NCBI RefSeq assembly: GCF_006345805.1
Contig: NW_021824708.1
Location: forward strand, 1-36,113
DNA length: 36,113 nt
Reading direction: 5' to 3'
Source of the DNA: Octopus sinensis
Taxonomy: Eukaryota
Shown: one piece after another, positions 1 to 12,455 of the stretch
How positions within the stretch are numbered: position 1 is the first letter of the stretch
Layout: each line of letters starts with the position of its first letter
Program-made: the position numbers and the translations under genes
The notes under the pieces: model-generated
Databases searched by the model: none
The model's input: the letters and a program-made list of their open reading frames with translations, nothing else
What the model was told of the DNA's origin: nothing

Positions 1-9
1 ACACACATG

Positions 10-215
10 AACAGTACATCACTAAAATGTCCACTATTGAAAGGTTGCAAGACGCAACGAAAGTTTCTGGAAAATAAAATAAGAAATAGTTGAAATTTTA
101 CGGGGAGTGTGTTTACATTATAGGCACAAAAAGAAAAAATGACCTCCCAGACCAACAGAATATGCTTCAACACACGAACCTCATATAAAGAATCTTGCAA
201 ACCAAATCCCAAAAA
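10..215 (+). mobile_element. Short interspersed repeat (putative Penelope-like terminal-repeat fragment) with hammerhead-like motif
   Basis: Homologous by eye to 25562-25710 (aagacgcaacgaaa...ggaaaataaaa...ttacattata(a)ggcacaaaaagaaaa...caacagaatat). Followed by (TA)n. Hairpin gttgc-aagac-gcaac followed by GAAA at 44-62. Confidence 0.45.
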
Positions 216-218
216 GAA

Positions 219-283
219 ATATATATATATATATATAATATATATATATATAAATTATATATTATATATTATATTATATGTAC

Positions 284-314
<31 letters not shown>

Positions 315-320
315 TATATA
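219..320. repeat. (TA)n/(CA)n microsatellite
   Basis: Direct inspection. Confidence 0.95.
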
Positions 321-914
321 GTGAGAGATTAGCAATCCGGGCTAAATACCTCATAATCTCTCTGTTGTTACACCAGGCTAACGAAATTAGTTAGGTTAGT
401 GAAGAACACCAAGTAATCTTTTGGTAGGTTTCCAAGTCATGGTTCATTATAGTTCTAAATTGGAAATCCGTGAATGAGTTCCCGATAAATTGACTTTTAT
501 TGAATCATATATAAAAAAAACAAATTTAAAACAATGGTCAGCACATATAATTCTTTTATTGGAGCAAATTTGGCTTACAGCTGTTTCCAGTAGTAATTAT
601 AGATACATTACTCATAGGTTTATTCAATTGGTCTATTTATAAATTGAGGTAAATTGAACGACCTAAGAAAATGCGACTTTCCTTAGGGCCATTTCTGAAG
701 AAATCTGTATTGGAAACAGAAGAGCAAGATTCTTGCTTGATCTTCTAAGACAAGTAGCAAACTTTCGCGTGGAAATTTATCCCCCATATCTCAACCGAAT
801 GCCGCAGCAAAGTACCAGCTAAATACAGAAGTAAATTAAAAGACAGCATTGCTGTAATATGTTATCGCTAAACATAACGTATCCCTATGGAGATATTTTT
901 TCTTTCTTTTTTTT

Positions 915-1100
915 TTTTTACTTGTTTCAGTCATTTGACTGCGGCCATGCTGGAGCACCGCCTTTAGTCGAGCAAATCGACCCCGTAACTTATTCTTTGT
1001 AAGCCCAGTACTTATTCTATCGGTCTCTTTTTGCCGAACCGCTAGGTGACGGGGACGTACACACACCAGTATCGGTTGTCAAGCAATGCTAGGGGGACAA

Positions 1101-1132
<32 letters not shown>

Positions 1133-1138
1133 ACACAC

Positions 1139-1170
<32 letters not shown>

Positions 1171-1785
1171 CATCATCGTTTAACGTCCTTTTTCCGCGCT
1201 AGTACGGGTTGGACGGTTCGACCGGGGTCTGGGAAGCCAGGGCCTGCACCAGGCTCCAGTCTGATTTGGCAGTGTTTCTACAGCTGGATGCCCTTCCTAA
1301 CGCCAACCACTCCGCGAGTGTAGTGGGTGCTTTTTACGTGCCACCTGCACAGGTGCCAGGGGAGTCCGGCATCGGCCACGATCGGTTGGTGCTTGTAACG
1401 TGCCACTGGCACGGAAGCCAGCCAAGGCGGCGCTGGCATCGGCCACGTTCGGATGGTGCTTTTTATGTGCCACCGGCACTGGAGCCAGTCGAGGCGGCGC
1501 TGGCGTCGGCCACGTTCGGATGGTGCTTTTTGTGTGCCACCGGCACAGGTATCACAACTTTTATTTCCATTGATATTTATTTCGATGTTCATGTACTTGA
1601 CTCAGCAGGTCTCCTCAATATATATATATATATATAGGACAGGCTTCTTTCAGTTTCCGTCTACCAAATCCACTCACAAGGCATTGGTCGGCCCGGGGCT
1701 ATAGCAGAAGACACATGCCCAAGATGCCACGCAGTGGGACTGAGCCCGGAACCATGTGGTTGGTTAGCAAGCTACTTACCACACA
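915..1785 (-). mobile_element. tRNA-derived SINE family A (octopus-type), interrupted in its internal (CA)/(TA) tract by a nested element
   Basis: Reverse complement matches the full + strand copy at 22777-23178. Tail at 915-1100, head at 1637-1785. Confidence 0.85.
1165..1618 (-). mobile_element. Nested retroposon 3' end with (GAT)n tail (RTE-related, inferred) and internal tandem repeats
   Basis: (CAT)n at 1165 followed by cgtttaacgtcc. Internal repeat units start at about 1326, 1388, 1455 and 1522 (ggtgcttttt..gtgccacc..gcac). Confidence 0.65.
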
Positions 1786-2094
1786 TTAAAGCAAAGCATG
1801 AATATTTTTCCTTCTATGATCTCCTTTTAATACACATCGCTGTAAAACCGGCATAGAAAGGGTTCTTATTGAGTGCCTGCATTCAGTAAATGATACATAG
1901 CGTTACGATTCAATTACGAAGTTAATCTACTAAATTGTATACCTTAATGCAAACTAATGCAAATATGAGAATTTGAATTTTCCTTCAGTCGGTTGTTAGA
2001 CTAACTGAATTTACATTTCCTCTCAGTTACTAATTCATAATTCACTCAAATGTGTCCTCTCCTTCTCTCTCTGTTTCTGCCCCCCTCTTCACTC

Positions 2095-2201
2095 ACATAT
2101 ATACATATGTATACACACACACACTAATACATTTACATATACACGTGTATTCCTCATTATAAATATGTATATATGTGTTATATGTATATATGTTATATAC
2201 G

Positions 2202-2232
<31 letters not shown>

Positions 2233-2479
2233 GTATGTATCTCTCCCTATATATATATATGTATATGTATGTATATATGTATATGTATGTATATATGTAT
2301 ACACACACGTTATATATTTTACCATCACATGTTTTATGCATGTGCTTACGGACATCCCTTCACGTACACACACATATATATCGATAAGACATGTGTTTTA
2401 TTATATATATGTGTTGTGTGTATGTATGATGTATGTATGTATGTATGTTTGTATGTATGTATGTATGTATGTAGTATGC

Positions 2480-2513
<34 letters not shown>

Positions 2514-2630
2514 ATATATATACTATATATATATATATATATAATATATTATATATATATATATATATATATGCATACAACATACACGCATGCACAGACA
2601 TATTTGTACACACCCCGCCCTCTCATATAT
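2095..2630. repeat. Degenerate (TA)n/(TATG)n microsatellite block
   Basis: Direct inspection. Confidence 0.9.
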
Positions 2631-3094
2631 AATTCTGAATAATTTTCGTCATTGCAAAATCCATCAGTGTGTGATTTAATTTGGCCCAGTGGAAACTGTT
2701 TAAATTTGCATTAACTATCAGCAATATCTTAACCGCGTGGAACACCGTTCTTGCTGATTGTTGCTAATAACTATGTGACTTCCTTTACATGCCTCAATAA
2801 GCGCTCTTTATCCGCCTTTACTCTTGTAAACACAGCAGTGATTATTTTTATGTTTTTTCGTTGCTGTTAGAGCTGACTATCCACACGTACTATTATTTCT
2901 AATGTGTAACATTGGGGGCGCTACTGGGCTCTTTGGAAGATGACATACGAGAAGACACGAGAACGGCTTCTATTTTATTGTATTACTTCTGGAGAGTGAT
3001 GTAATAATGTGTTTCATTTTCTGAATAAAGTTGAAGTATTGATAATATTCAATCTATTGTTTTTGATCATTAGGCTGCTTATGAGCGAAATAAG

Positions 3095-3330
3095 AGGGCC
3101 ATGTGCGTGACACCCCGACATATTAGGAAAGTTAGAAAAGATAGGTCCCACTCCATCTGCAGCTAAATACCCCTGAAATCCTGTTCACCGCCTTTAAAAA
3201 AATGAAGATGAGATAATTTAGTCTTGGGAACTTCTTAGGAAAAAAACCCCAAAAAACAATAGTAATGATGGTCACGCTTGGAATACATTTCATTATAGTT
3301 TTATTCGATCATGTTTGATCAACAACAACG
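3095..3330 (+). mobile_element. Old degenerate SINE-like repeat with (CAA)n tail
   Basis: Loose similarity to 21295-21500 (atctgc..cagctaaa..aaatc..tttgatca). Confidence 0.35.
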
Positions 3331-3377
3331 ACAATATTAACGATACCAAACTACTCAACAACAACAACAGCAACAAC

Positions 3378-3576
3378 AGTGGAGGCGCAATGGCCTAGTG
3401 GTTAGGGCAGCGGACTCATGGTCGTAAGAACGCGGCTTCGATTCCCAGACCGGGCATTGTGAGTGTTTATTCAATCACAAACAACAAGTCCGACACCAGC
3501 ACCATCCTCACCTCTGCTACTACCACTACAAGCAACAACAATAACAACAACTACAACAAAAGCAACTGTAGCAGCC

Positions 3577-3615
<39 letters not shown>

Positions 3616-3865
3616 ACAGCAGCAGCAGTAACAGCAGCAGCACCAGCCGTAGCAGCACCAGCAGCAACAACAACATTAGTGGAGACGCAATGGCCCAGTG
3701 GTTAGGGCAGCAGACTCGCGGTCGTAAGAACGCGTTTCGATTCCCAGACCGGGCATTGTGAGTGGTTATTGAGCAAAAACACCTACGATACACTAAGCTC
3801 TGGCGGAGGGGAGGGGTAACCCCGCTATACTCTTTCACCACAACTTTCTCTCACTCTTTCTTTCT
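3378..3865 (+). mobile_element. Two tandem 5' fragments of tRNA-derived SINE family B (OR-type) separated by (CAA)/(CAG)n
   Basis: gtggaggcgcaatggcc.agtggttagggcag..gactc..ggtc...ttcgattcccagaccgggc at about 3378 and 3678. Pol III A-box (tggcccagtgg) and B-box (gtttcgattcc) are visible. Confidence 0.85.
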
Positions 3866-3874
3866 ACTGCTGCC

Positions 3875-3980
3875 ACAAAGCAGAGGAACCATGGTGTAAC
3901 CCACTATGGCGTGGTAAACTTTCAGACCCTAGTCTAGATTGCGAATCCTCTGTACCCCAGGATGGTTCAGCTCTCCACCC

Positions 3981-4036
<56 letters not shown>
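3875..4036 (+). mobile_element. Probable retroposon 3' end with (AAT)n tail
   Basis: Complex ~110-bp segment running directly into the (AAT)n tract at 3983-4036. Confidence 0.35.
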
Positions 4037-4037
<1 letters not shown>

Positions 4038-4308
4038 TGTGTACAGTGCTCAGGTGCACTACAACTCATCTAAAGTGTATATATAATCAGGTGTAGTTTC
4101 GGCGGATTTCGGAAAGCATGAGGGCCTTAAAGGATGCATGCCACCGTTTACGGAATGAGGATAACAACGTAGCTTTCGCGCCCGTGTAACCGCCAGTCTA
4201 TCGCGTGTGGTGGGTGGATCTTCAAGTTGCCACACGCATTCTTAGTAGCTTAGAGTAGGCTCGAATTAGAGATTATTCTTTGTGGCTAATGGCGTGAGTC
4301 CTGATTGG
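4037..4308 (-). mobile_element. CR1/L2-like LINE 3' end fragment
   Basis: Minus strand reads ...ASFKALMLSEIRRNYT* then a short 3'UTR ending at the ATT tract. Clade assignment is inference. Confidence 0.4.
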
Positions 4309-4610
4309 AAGAAGAGGGAGGAGGAGGAGGTGAAGAAGAAGTAGTAGTAGAAAAAGAAGGAAAAGAAGAAAAAGAAGAATAAGAAGGAGTAGTAGAAGAA
4401 AAAATAATAGAAGAAAAAGAAGTAGTAGTAGAAAAAAAAGAAGAAGAAGTAGAAGTAGAAAAAGAAATAGTAGAAGAAGAAATGAAGAAGTAGGAGAAAA
4501 AAAGAAGAAGAAGAAGAAGTAAAAGAAGAAGAAGAAAAAGAAGAAGAAGTAGATGTAGAAGAAGAAGAAGAAGAAGAAGAAGAAAGACAGCAACAACAAC
4601 AAAACAACCA
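4309..4610. repeat. (GAA)n/(GTA)n purine-rich low-complexity tract
   Basis: Direct inspection. Confidence 0.95.
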
Positions 4611-4942
4611 CAGCGGCAATAAAAACATCCGTAACAATGGCGATGATGACGAAAGAAGTTTGTAGATTTCCTTCTTAAAACCACAATAGTAATAAATGTA
4701 GAATACGTTTTAATATTGCTGTGATATTCGTTAATAAATTAGGTAATCGATTTCTAAATATCGATTGATCGCTGCACACAAAGACATTACCTTCTGATGA
4801 TTAGAATCAGTAAGCCGACTTCCATTTTGAATTGCATGTCATTTAGCTTAATATATTAAAACACATGTAGTTTCGCTGGTTGAAATAATTAGTCAAATTA
4901 AAAAAGAAAATTGAATATTTAGATAAATTTTGAATATTTAGT

Positions 4943-5107
4943 CGGTGCAGGCATAACTGTGTGGTTAAAAAGCTCACTTTGCAACCAGATGGATTTGGGT
5001 TCAGTCCCACTGAATGGCACATTGGGCAAGCGAATCCCTTTGTTGTATCCGAGCCGTTCAATGTCTTCTGAGTAAATTTGGTAGACGGAAAGAGTGTAGA
5101 AGTCGTC
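4943..5107 (+). mobile_element. Diverged 5' head of SINE family A
   Basis: ggtgcaggcataactgtgtggttaa...gggttcagtcccactg...ttgggcaag...tttggtagacggaaa aligns to 22777-22937. Confidence 0.75.
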
Positions 5108-5139
5108 ATCTCTCTCTCTCTCCACACACACATAAATAT

Positions 5140-5174
5140 ATGTATGTATGTATCTGTCTGTCTGTCTCTCTCTA

Positions 5175-5250
<76 letters not shown>

Positions 5251-5297
5251 GTCTGTATCTATCTGTCTGTCTGTCTATCTATTGTCTGTCTATCTAT

Positions 5298-5375
<78 letters not shown>

Positions 5376-5415
5376 AATCTATCTATCTATCTATCTATCT
5401 ATTCTATCTATCTAT
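5140..5415. repeat. (TCTA)n/(TCTG)n microsatellite
   Basis: Direct inspection. Confidence 0.95.
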
Positions 5416-6189
5416 AAACACATGCGCAAAGCAAGGTGACGAAAATTATACTCCAAAACGGCCGCGCCAAACGTCTCATACACAATATAAATACAGTGTG
5501 ATGCTGATTGCTTTGTAAAATGTAATTAGAGATTAATTAAGAAATTAATTAATTTCAACAGGGATTTTGTAACCAGATCATAGATCCACTTCAACTAAAG
5601 ATTTTTTTTAAAGAATTTTTTCTACCTCTTAGAATACGTAAAATTCATGATGCTTCCACTCTAATTGCACACACTCATACACATACGCATATGATATAAG
5701 CAACACACAATTTCGGTTCCACAATTCTTTACCCTTTGTAGACGAATCATTGGTTCCAAAATGCATTGTGTTCTTTTCTTTTGTATCCTGTTGTTATTAA
5801 ATGTCAATATTCGACATTTAAACTAAACAGTTTTTCGTATTTTGATTATTTAAAATATGCTATTCATTCCACCAAAATTCCGGTCCTGTCGGAAGCAGGA
5901 ATCACATATTCAGAATTGTTAGGAAAATAGGTTGACGTCAGAAAAAAAAGGAAGAATCTCATGGCTCATATGTTATCTAGCGTTTAAACAGCGTTAGCAC
6001 TTAGACCCTTAAGATCGGCCTAATTTTAAAAGACATTCACACGTTAAAAGACATTCACACTCGCATGCAGCGCAGAAATGTGTCTCATACATAAAAGAGC
6101 ATGTATGCCTGCACGTACGTACACACGCACAAAATAAGAAGAAAGAGAGAGCTTATCTAGACAGCCACAATTCTCGATCTCACGGCAGA

Positions 6190-6416
6190 CTAATCCTTTA
6201 ATATTTAAAGCTGCCATATCCGGCCTAAATGTTCTACCACTTTCATAGCAAAACCGGCAAGATCTGGCCTCTTACACCTACCCAATAATGTCTTTTTAAA
6301 AGTCGACAAGCACACCATCAGTCCTAAAACTGTGAGACAATGTATGTTTAATTCAAAACGATGGGAATGTGTGTATAAGCATTACATTCTCAATAAACTA
6401 AATGCTCAAGCGTTAA
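6190..6416. mobile_element. Degenerate piggyBac-type MITE (putative)
   Basis: Decayed termini taatcctttaatattta ... taaatgctcaagcgttaa, ending in TTAA. Confidence 0.4.
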
Positions 6417-6486
6417 GCGTTTATAACAATTGTACAAGAAAATTAATCTCTATCTATCTATCTTTCTATCTATCTATCTATCGAAT

Positions 6487-6683
6487 AATGGTTTCAAATT
6501 TTAGCGCTAGACCAGTAATTTCGCAGGTGGCGGCAAGCCGATTGTTTCACTGGTACTTAATTTATCGACCGCGAAAGGAGGAAAGACAAAGTCGATCTCG
6601 GCGGAATTTGAACTCAAAATATGCAAACGGACGAAATGCCGCTAAGCATTTTTCTCGGCGTGCTAACGATTCTGCCAGTTAAC
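6487..6683 (-). mobile_element. SINE family C (tRNA-like head; core actggtactt..ttatcgacccc)
   Basis: Reverse complement of the + strand copy at 35349-35599. Confidence 0.8.
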
Positions 6684-6717
6684 CTCTCTCTCTCTTTATA
6701 TATATATATATATATAT

Positions 6718-6838
6718 TTAGTCACTACACACATTTTTTCTCCCCTTGTTTCTCTCCTTGTGTTTTCTGAGCGTTATACTAATCATCTGTTTGTTTTGTA
6801 CACCACCTGTCTTCGTCCCTGTTTTTTTCGTAAAATCT

Positions 6839-6840
<2 letters not shown>
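6718..6840 (+). mobile_element. Internally deleted copy of the (TA)n-embedded element at 27400-27592
   Basis: ttagt..ctacac.cattttttct..ccttgttt...ctgagcg..atactaat...ttttcgtaaa shared. Flanked by (TA)n on both sides. Confidence 0.7.
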
Positions 6841-6895
<55 letters not shown>

Positions 6896-6929
6896 TATAT
6901 ATATATGTATATATTATATAGATCTGTAA

Positions 6930-7192
6930 TCTCTTTACTCTTTTACTTGTTTCAGTCATTTGATTGCGGCCATGTTGGAGCACCGCCTTTAGTCGAGCAA
7001 ATCGACCCCAAGACTTATTCTTTGTAAGCCTAGTACTTATTCCATGGTCTCTTTTGCCGAACCGCTAAGTTACGGGGACGCAAACACCACCATCAGTTGT
7101 CAAGCGATGTTGGGGGACAAACACAGACGCACAAACATACACACACATACATACATATATATATATATGTATATATATATATATTATATATA

Positions 7193-7246
<54 letters not shown>

Positions 7247-7283
7247 TATATACGATGGGCTTCTTTAGTTTCCGTCTACCAAT
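6930..7283 (-). mobile_element. SINE family A, 5'-truncated
   Basis: Matches family A tail and internal microsatellite. Breaks off at gtctaccaatcc where the 85-bp tandem repeat region begins. Confidence 0.85.
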
Positions 7284-7286
7284 CCG

Positions 7287-7575
7287 ATTTGCATACCGAA
7301 TTGCCATACCTTAATTTGCATAACCGCTCTATGAACTCTATATTTACTCAGCAAATGCATAAGTTATTCTATGAAGGAGACCCTAATTTGCATACCGAAA
7401 ATTTTTAACCGCTCTATAAACTCTATATATACACAATAAATGCATCAGTTATTCTCTGAAGGAGACCCTAATTTGCATACCGAAAATTTTTAACCGCTCT
7501 ATAAACTCTATATATACACAACAAATGCATAAGTTATTCTCTGAAGGAGACCCTAATTTGCATACCGAAAATTTG
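7287..7575. repeat. 85-bp tandem repeat (3 copies plus partial) containing ATTTGCAT octamers
   Basis: Units start (taaccgctct) at 7321, 7406 and 7491. ATTTGCAT at 7287, 7314, 7386, 7471 and 7556. Confidence 0.9.
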
Positions 7576-8019
7576 TGACATGCACATTCCCAGAACTCGG
7601 ATCCACACTTCTACAGCAGTGCCAAATTTTGGGACTGAGTTTGCACCCCTTAAAAAATTTTGTTCCCGGGCCACTGCGTTTATTGCTTAGCTTACGGTCA
7701 CTTCATTGGTTTTAATGGGGATGGGGAGGAAATGTTGCGCCTTGGCGTTACCATATCAACAACTATGTGTTTATCTCCATTCATTGTGGAATCATTTTAT
7801 CTCAGCCCACGCCGAAATCAACGATTCTGAATATCTCAAACTAAGCGTGCATTAAACGCAATTTTCTAACTCCACTGTATGATATTCAAGTATTAGACGT
7901 TACATCAATATGTATGTTTGTATATATATATATATATATGCATATATGTATGTATATTTATATATACATATAGTGTGTGTGTACGAAGATAAATATATAT
8001 GTATGTACATACGTATATC

Positions 8020-8061
<42 letters not shown>

Positions 8062-8063
<2 letters not shown>

Positions 8064-8260
8064 CGTAAAGTCTAATAGCCATCTCAATATGGCTACCCAA
8101 GGGTGGGTGTTACTGTAGCTTTTAGCTGGAGACGATGATCTCCTGGGGCTAAAAGCTACAGTAACACCCCCCTTAGTGGTTAGCCATATTGAGATGGCTA
8201 TTATACTTTACGTTGTCGAGCGGTTACTGTTTACATCTCGTTCAGAGATTTATTATTGCT
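8062..8260. repeat. Fold-back inverted repeat (~65-bp arms) within (TA)n
   Basis: 8062-8126 is the near-perfect reverse complement of 8148-8214. Confidence 0.9.
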
Positions 8261-8382
8261 ATATATATATATATATCTATATATATATATATATATCTAT
8301 ATATATATATATACATATAATATATATACTATATATATATACACACACACACATTACACACTATATAACTATATATATATAG

Positions 8383-8434
<52 letters not shown>

Positions 8435-8844
8435 TGTATAATATATATATATATATATTACTTATATATATATGTGATATATTATATATATATATATTAT
8501 ATACATATTATGTAAAGATATATATCTTATATATCAAAACGTATATGTATATGCATATGTATTATTATTATAATATATCTAATAAATATATTATTCATTT
8601 GTTTCTCATTTTGCCTTCTGAGGTACACATTAAGATTAAATGTGTTCTTCGATAATTCGGTCCCTATTTGCTGCAGTTAAACAAACTCAGGTGCAAACGG
8701 TTATTTCTGTACTCCGCTGACGAAACACACAACAATAAGCCTATTCGATAAGATTCAATTTATGACTAATATATTTGTAGATAATAATAATAATAATAAT
8801 AATATAATAATAATAATAATAATGATAATAATAATAATAATAAT

Positions 8845-9551
8845 AGAAAAATAATACCAAAAACATGTAATGAAAAAATATAACAGTAACTGCAGAATAT
8901 GTGGAGATGGACAAAAACAATAAATCATATATCTCTGGCTGCCCAGTCCTGGCTAAGAAGGAATATATTCACAGACATGACAGAGTTGGAACCTACATAC
9001 ACTGGAAGCTATGCTAACATTATGGAATAACAACAGAAAAAGATGGTATAGGCACACACCAGAAAAGGTCACAGAAAACGAGAAAGCAACCATACTCTGG
9101 GATATGCCGATACACACAGATAGAGAAATAAGGCTAACTAACAGATATAGATGTCAGAGATCATGAAGAACAAAAATGCTTTCTAATTGATGTATCAATA
9201 CCGGCAGATGACAACGTGTCTCTAAAAGAAATGGAGAAACTTCCAAAATATAAAGACCTGGAAATAGAGGTAACCAGAATGTGGAATCTAAAAACAGAAA
9301 CAATTCCTATCATAGTAGGTGCATTAGGCATGATAAAAATTTTTTCAGACAAATGCATAACAAAAACACCAGGACTTACAAACACATATAACATACAGAA
9401 AATTGCGCTACTAGGCACTGCACACATCCTACGCAGAACACTTTCCATACAATAACCATCAGAGCATCACAACAAATCACAGCACATACCCAAGACACAC
9501 AGAGCTGCGCTCGGTAGTGAAGTGAAATCACACTATAAAAATAAAACTACA

Positions 9552-9552
<1 letters not shown>
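8845..9552 (+). mobile_element. 5'-truncated R4/Dong-like (RLE-type) non-LTR retrotransposon, frameshifted
   Basis: CCHC knuckle (CRICGDGQ..INHI.SGCPVLAKKEYIHRHD), then LWDMPIHTDREI.AN..DI...D....CFLIDVSIP...EK..KYKDL...IPIIVGALG...ALLGTAHILRRTLSIQ* (stop at 9455), i.e. a restriction-like endonuclease domain. (AAT)n on both sides. Confidence 0.85.
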
Positions 9553-9608
<56 letters not shown>

Positions 9609-9669
9609 TAATAATATTAATAACAATAATAATGATAATAATAATGATAATAATAATAATAATGATAAA

Positions 9670-9737
<68 letters not shown>

Positions 9738-9752
9738 GATAATAATAATAAT
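9553..9752. repeat. (AAT)n microsatellite / LINE tail
   Basis: Direct inspection. Confidence 0.95.
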
Positions 9753-10149
9753 ATAAAATCTGACTTAGAAAGGTTATATATACAACCTATCGAAGGTGGT
9801 AGAGGCATATAAAACATAATGCTGATTCAAATTTATGAAACTTAAATTAGCCGACCAATATCTTATCGACTCGGCAAATTTTCCTTCAACATTCGGTGGT
9901 AGTAAAGACAGTAAATAAAGTATACCAACAAGATTGATATACTTTGATGTACTCTACGATTTAGTTTAGTTATATTGGAAAACGACCATGATGAAGATTT
10001 CAAGATAGGTATTCAGCAATTCACTTTAAACACGTCTTTGAAAAAAAACTTATATCTTCTGGAGTGATAGGAGCTTCTTCAAGTCTGGAGAGAAAGATAA
10101 CAAGTAAAAAAAAAAGAAAAAAATTCTTCTGCCATTATACACTACACAA

Positions 10150-10295
10150 ATATATATACATATACTTGCACATATATATATATATATATCATACATGATA
10201 TATATGTATAAGTATAGTTATGTATATGTATGTATATTATATATATATATTATATATATATATATATTATTATATATTATATATATATATGTATG

Positions 10296-10335
<40 letters not shown>

Positions 10336-10529
10336 AATATGATATATATGTGTATATATATATCAATGTGTGTGTGTGTGTGTGGGTATATAGTATGTGA
10401 ATATATTTATATATATATGTATGTACATATATATTTCTACATATGCAAGTATATATGTGTATATATGTATGTGTATATGTATATATAATAATATATATAT
10501 ATATAATATTATATATATAATATATAATA

Positions 10530-10570
<41 letters not shown>

Positions 10571-10655
10571 AGAAAATATATATATATATGTATGTCAATA
10601 TATATATATATCTATATTATATATATATATATATATTATATTATATATATGTATT
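10150..10655. repeat. (TA)n/(TG)n microsatellite block
   Basis: Direct inspection. Confidence 0.9.
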
Positions 10656-11084
10656 AGAATTCAAACATTATTGACGATTTGACAACTCTTTTATAAATTG
10701 ATCCTATTATGATAACTTTTACTCCAGTAACGTTTAGAAATCAATGGTTTTTTGAAAATCAATGTCGTATGATGTGGAGATGTTTTCACTTGTGTTATTG
10801 ACAGATCTTCATATCATCAACAAGACGTCATCTTATTTTTCAAGACATATGTTGCTTTTCTTTTTGTATAAATATGAACGCGCGAGTGTCTGTGTTTGTG
10901 TGTGTGTATGTGTGAGAGATAGATAGAGAGGGAGAGAGAGAGAGGGAGAGAGAAAGCGTGCAGTACGGGGGGAGCGTCTTACATACTGTTGCCGTCATAA
11001 TTCTTCTTGTAGTTGTTGGTGTTGTCATTAGTGTGGTGATGCTGTTGTGGTAGTGATGTGTGCGTGTATATATATATATATACT

Positions 11085-11498
11085 CTTTACTCTCTTTACT
11101 CTTTTACTTGTTTCAGTCATTTGACTGCGGCCATGCTGGAGCACCGCCTTTAATCGAGCAACTCGACCCCAGGACTTATTCTTTTGTAAGCCCAGTACTT
11201 ATTCTATCGGTTTCTTTTGCCGAACCGCTAATTAACGGCGACATAAACACACCAGCATCGGTTGACAAGCGATGCTAGGGGGACAAACATAGACACACAA
11301 ACACACACACACGCATATATATATACATATATACAACAGGATTCTTTCAGTTTCCGTCTACCTAATCCACTCACAAGGCTTTGGTTGGCCCGAGGCTATA
11401 GTAGAAGACACTTGCCCAAGGTGCCACGCAGTGGGACTGAACCCTGGAACCATGTGGTTGGTAAACAAGCTACTTACCACACAGCCACTACTGCGCCT
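11085..11498 (-). mobile_element. SINE family A, full length
   Basis: Reverse complement of 22777-23178, ending cacagccactactgcgcc. Confidence 0.9.
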
Positions 11499-11509
11499 AC
11501 ATATATATA

Positions 11510-11545
<36 letters not shown>

Positions 11546-11716
11546 TGTATGTATGTATGTATGTGTGTGTGTGTGTGTATGCGTGTTCCAAACGGACACA
11601 CATTATTACTCAGCAGAAGCAAGAGTGAATCAAGGGCCGTGTGTTTCGTGCTTTAAACGCCAATGCGCAAAATTCTCGCTTCTTGAATCACTGCGTAACT
11701 TCAGCCGAATAATACT

Positions 11717-11932
11717 AATCCTTTCTAGTATAGGTACAAGGCCTGGAATGTTGAGGGAGATTGGTCGATCACATCAACCTCAGTGTGTAACTGGTACTTA
11801 TATTTCATCGACCCCTAAAGAATGAAAGGCAAAAATCAACCTCAGCAGAATTTGAACTCAGAACGTAAAAACGGACGAAATACCACTAAGCATTTCGTGA
11901 GCGTGCTAACGATTCTTCCAGCTCACCGCTTT
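11717..11932 (-). mobile_element. SINE family C
   Basis: Core actggtacttatatttcatcgacccc...gaatttgaactcagaacgtaa...gctcaccgc. Confidence 0.8.
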
Positions 11933-11942
11933 AATAATAATG

Positions 11943-12005
<63 letters not shown>

Positions 12006-12007
12006 TA

Positions 12008-12454
12008 AATATTCTGCTCAATACCACAGATTTGCTTGTCAGTTGTTTGACCTTAACCAGTTGAGCATGTCCCTTAGTGGCTGATGATATGTGCATCTCT
12101 GATCACGAGCAGAAGTAGTGGGGGAGCATCATAGCCATGTGTTGAGAAGGATTCTTTGGGGTTTGAATAATTCACCTCTGGAAACATGGGTGTTTCGTTC
12201 AACGTCCTTAAACAACCCCTATTCAATAACCTTTTGAGCGGGATGGGTTACTCGATCTGAAGAAAATTCTAACTGGGCTCCACCTGCAAGGTCATGTGCT
12301 GTTTATCTTGATATGAGATCACCATGTCGCGCACATATGGTTGTGATGCATGTGCCTGGTGTACCCTTATCAGACGGGTAGTCATGATGGGTATACTGGG
12401 CTTCGTATATTTTACCCCAGTGTCACTTTGATGTCATGCACTGCTCTCTCACTC

Positions 12455-12455
<1 letters not shown>
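12008..12455 (+). mobile_element. Probable retroposon 3'UTR / non-autonomous element inserted in (AAT)n
   Basis: ~450-bp complex segment flanked by (AAT)n on both sides (11932-12005 and 12455-12505). No ORF recognised. Confidence 0.55.

Noticed and set aside
3459-3841. Poly-Ser/Ala/Gln coding exon
   Set aside because: A CAG/CAA tract between two SINE heads, with no splice or homology support.
7287-7575. CRISPR-like array
   Set aside because: Whole units repeat with no unique spacers, the context is eukaryotic, and there are no cas genes. The same applies to 1326-1550 and 34960-35165.
8612-8730. Additional hammerhead-like hairpin (ctgag-gtacacatt..aatgtgttc-ttcgataa; ctgacgaaac)
   Set aside because: No closing stem I and no GAAA in register. 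Too degenerate to count.
9216-9455. Host gene exon
   Set aside because: It is the C-terminus of a frameshifted RLE LINE ORF.
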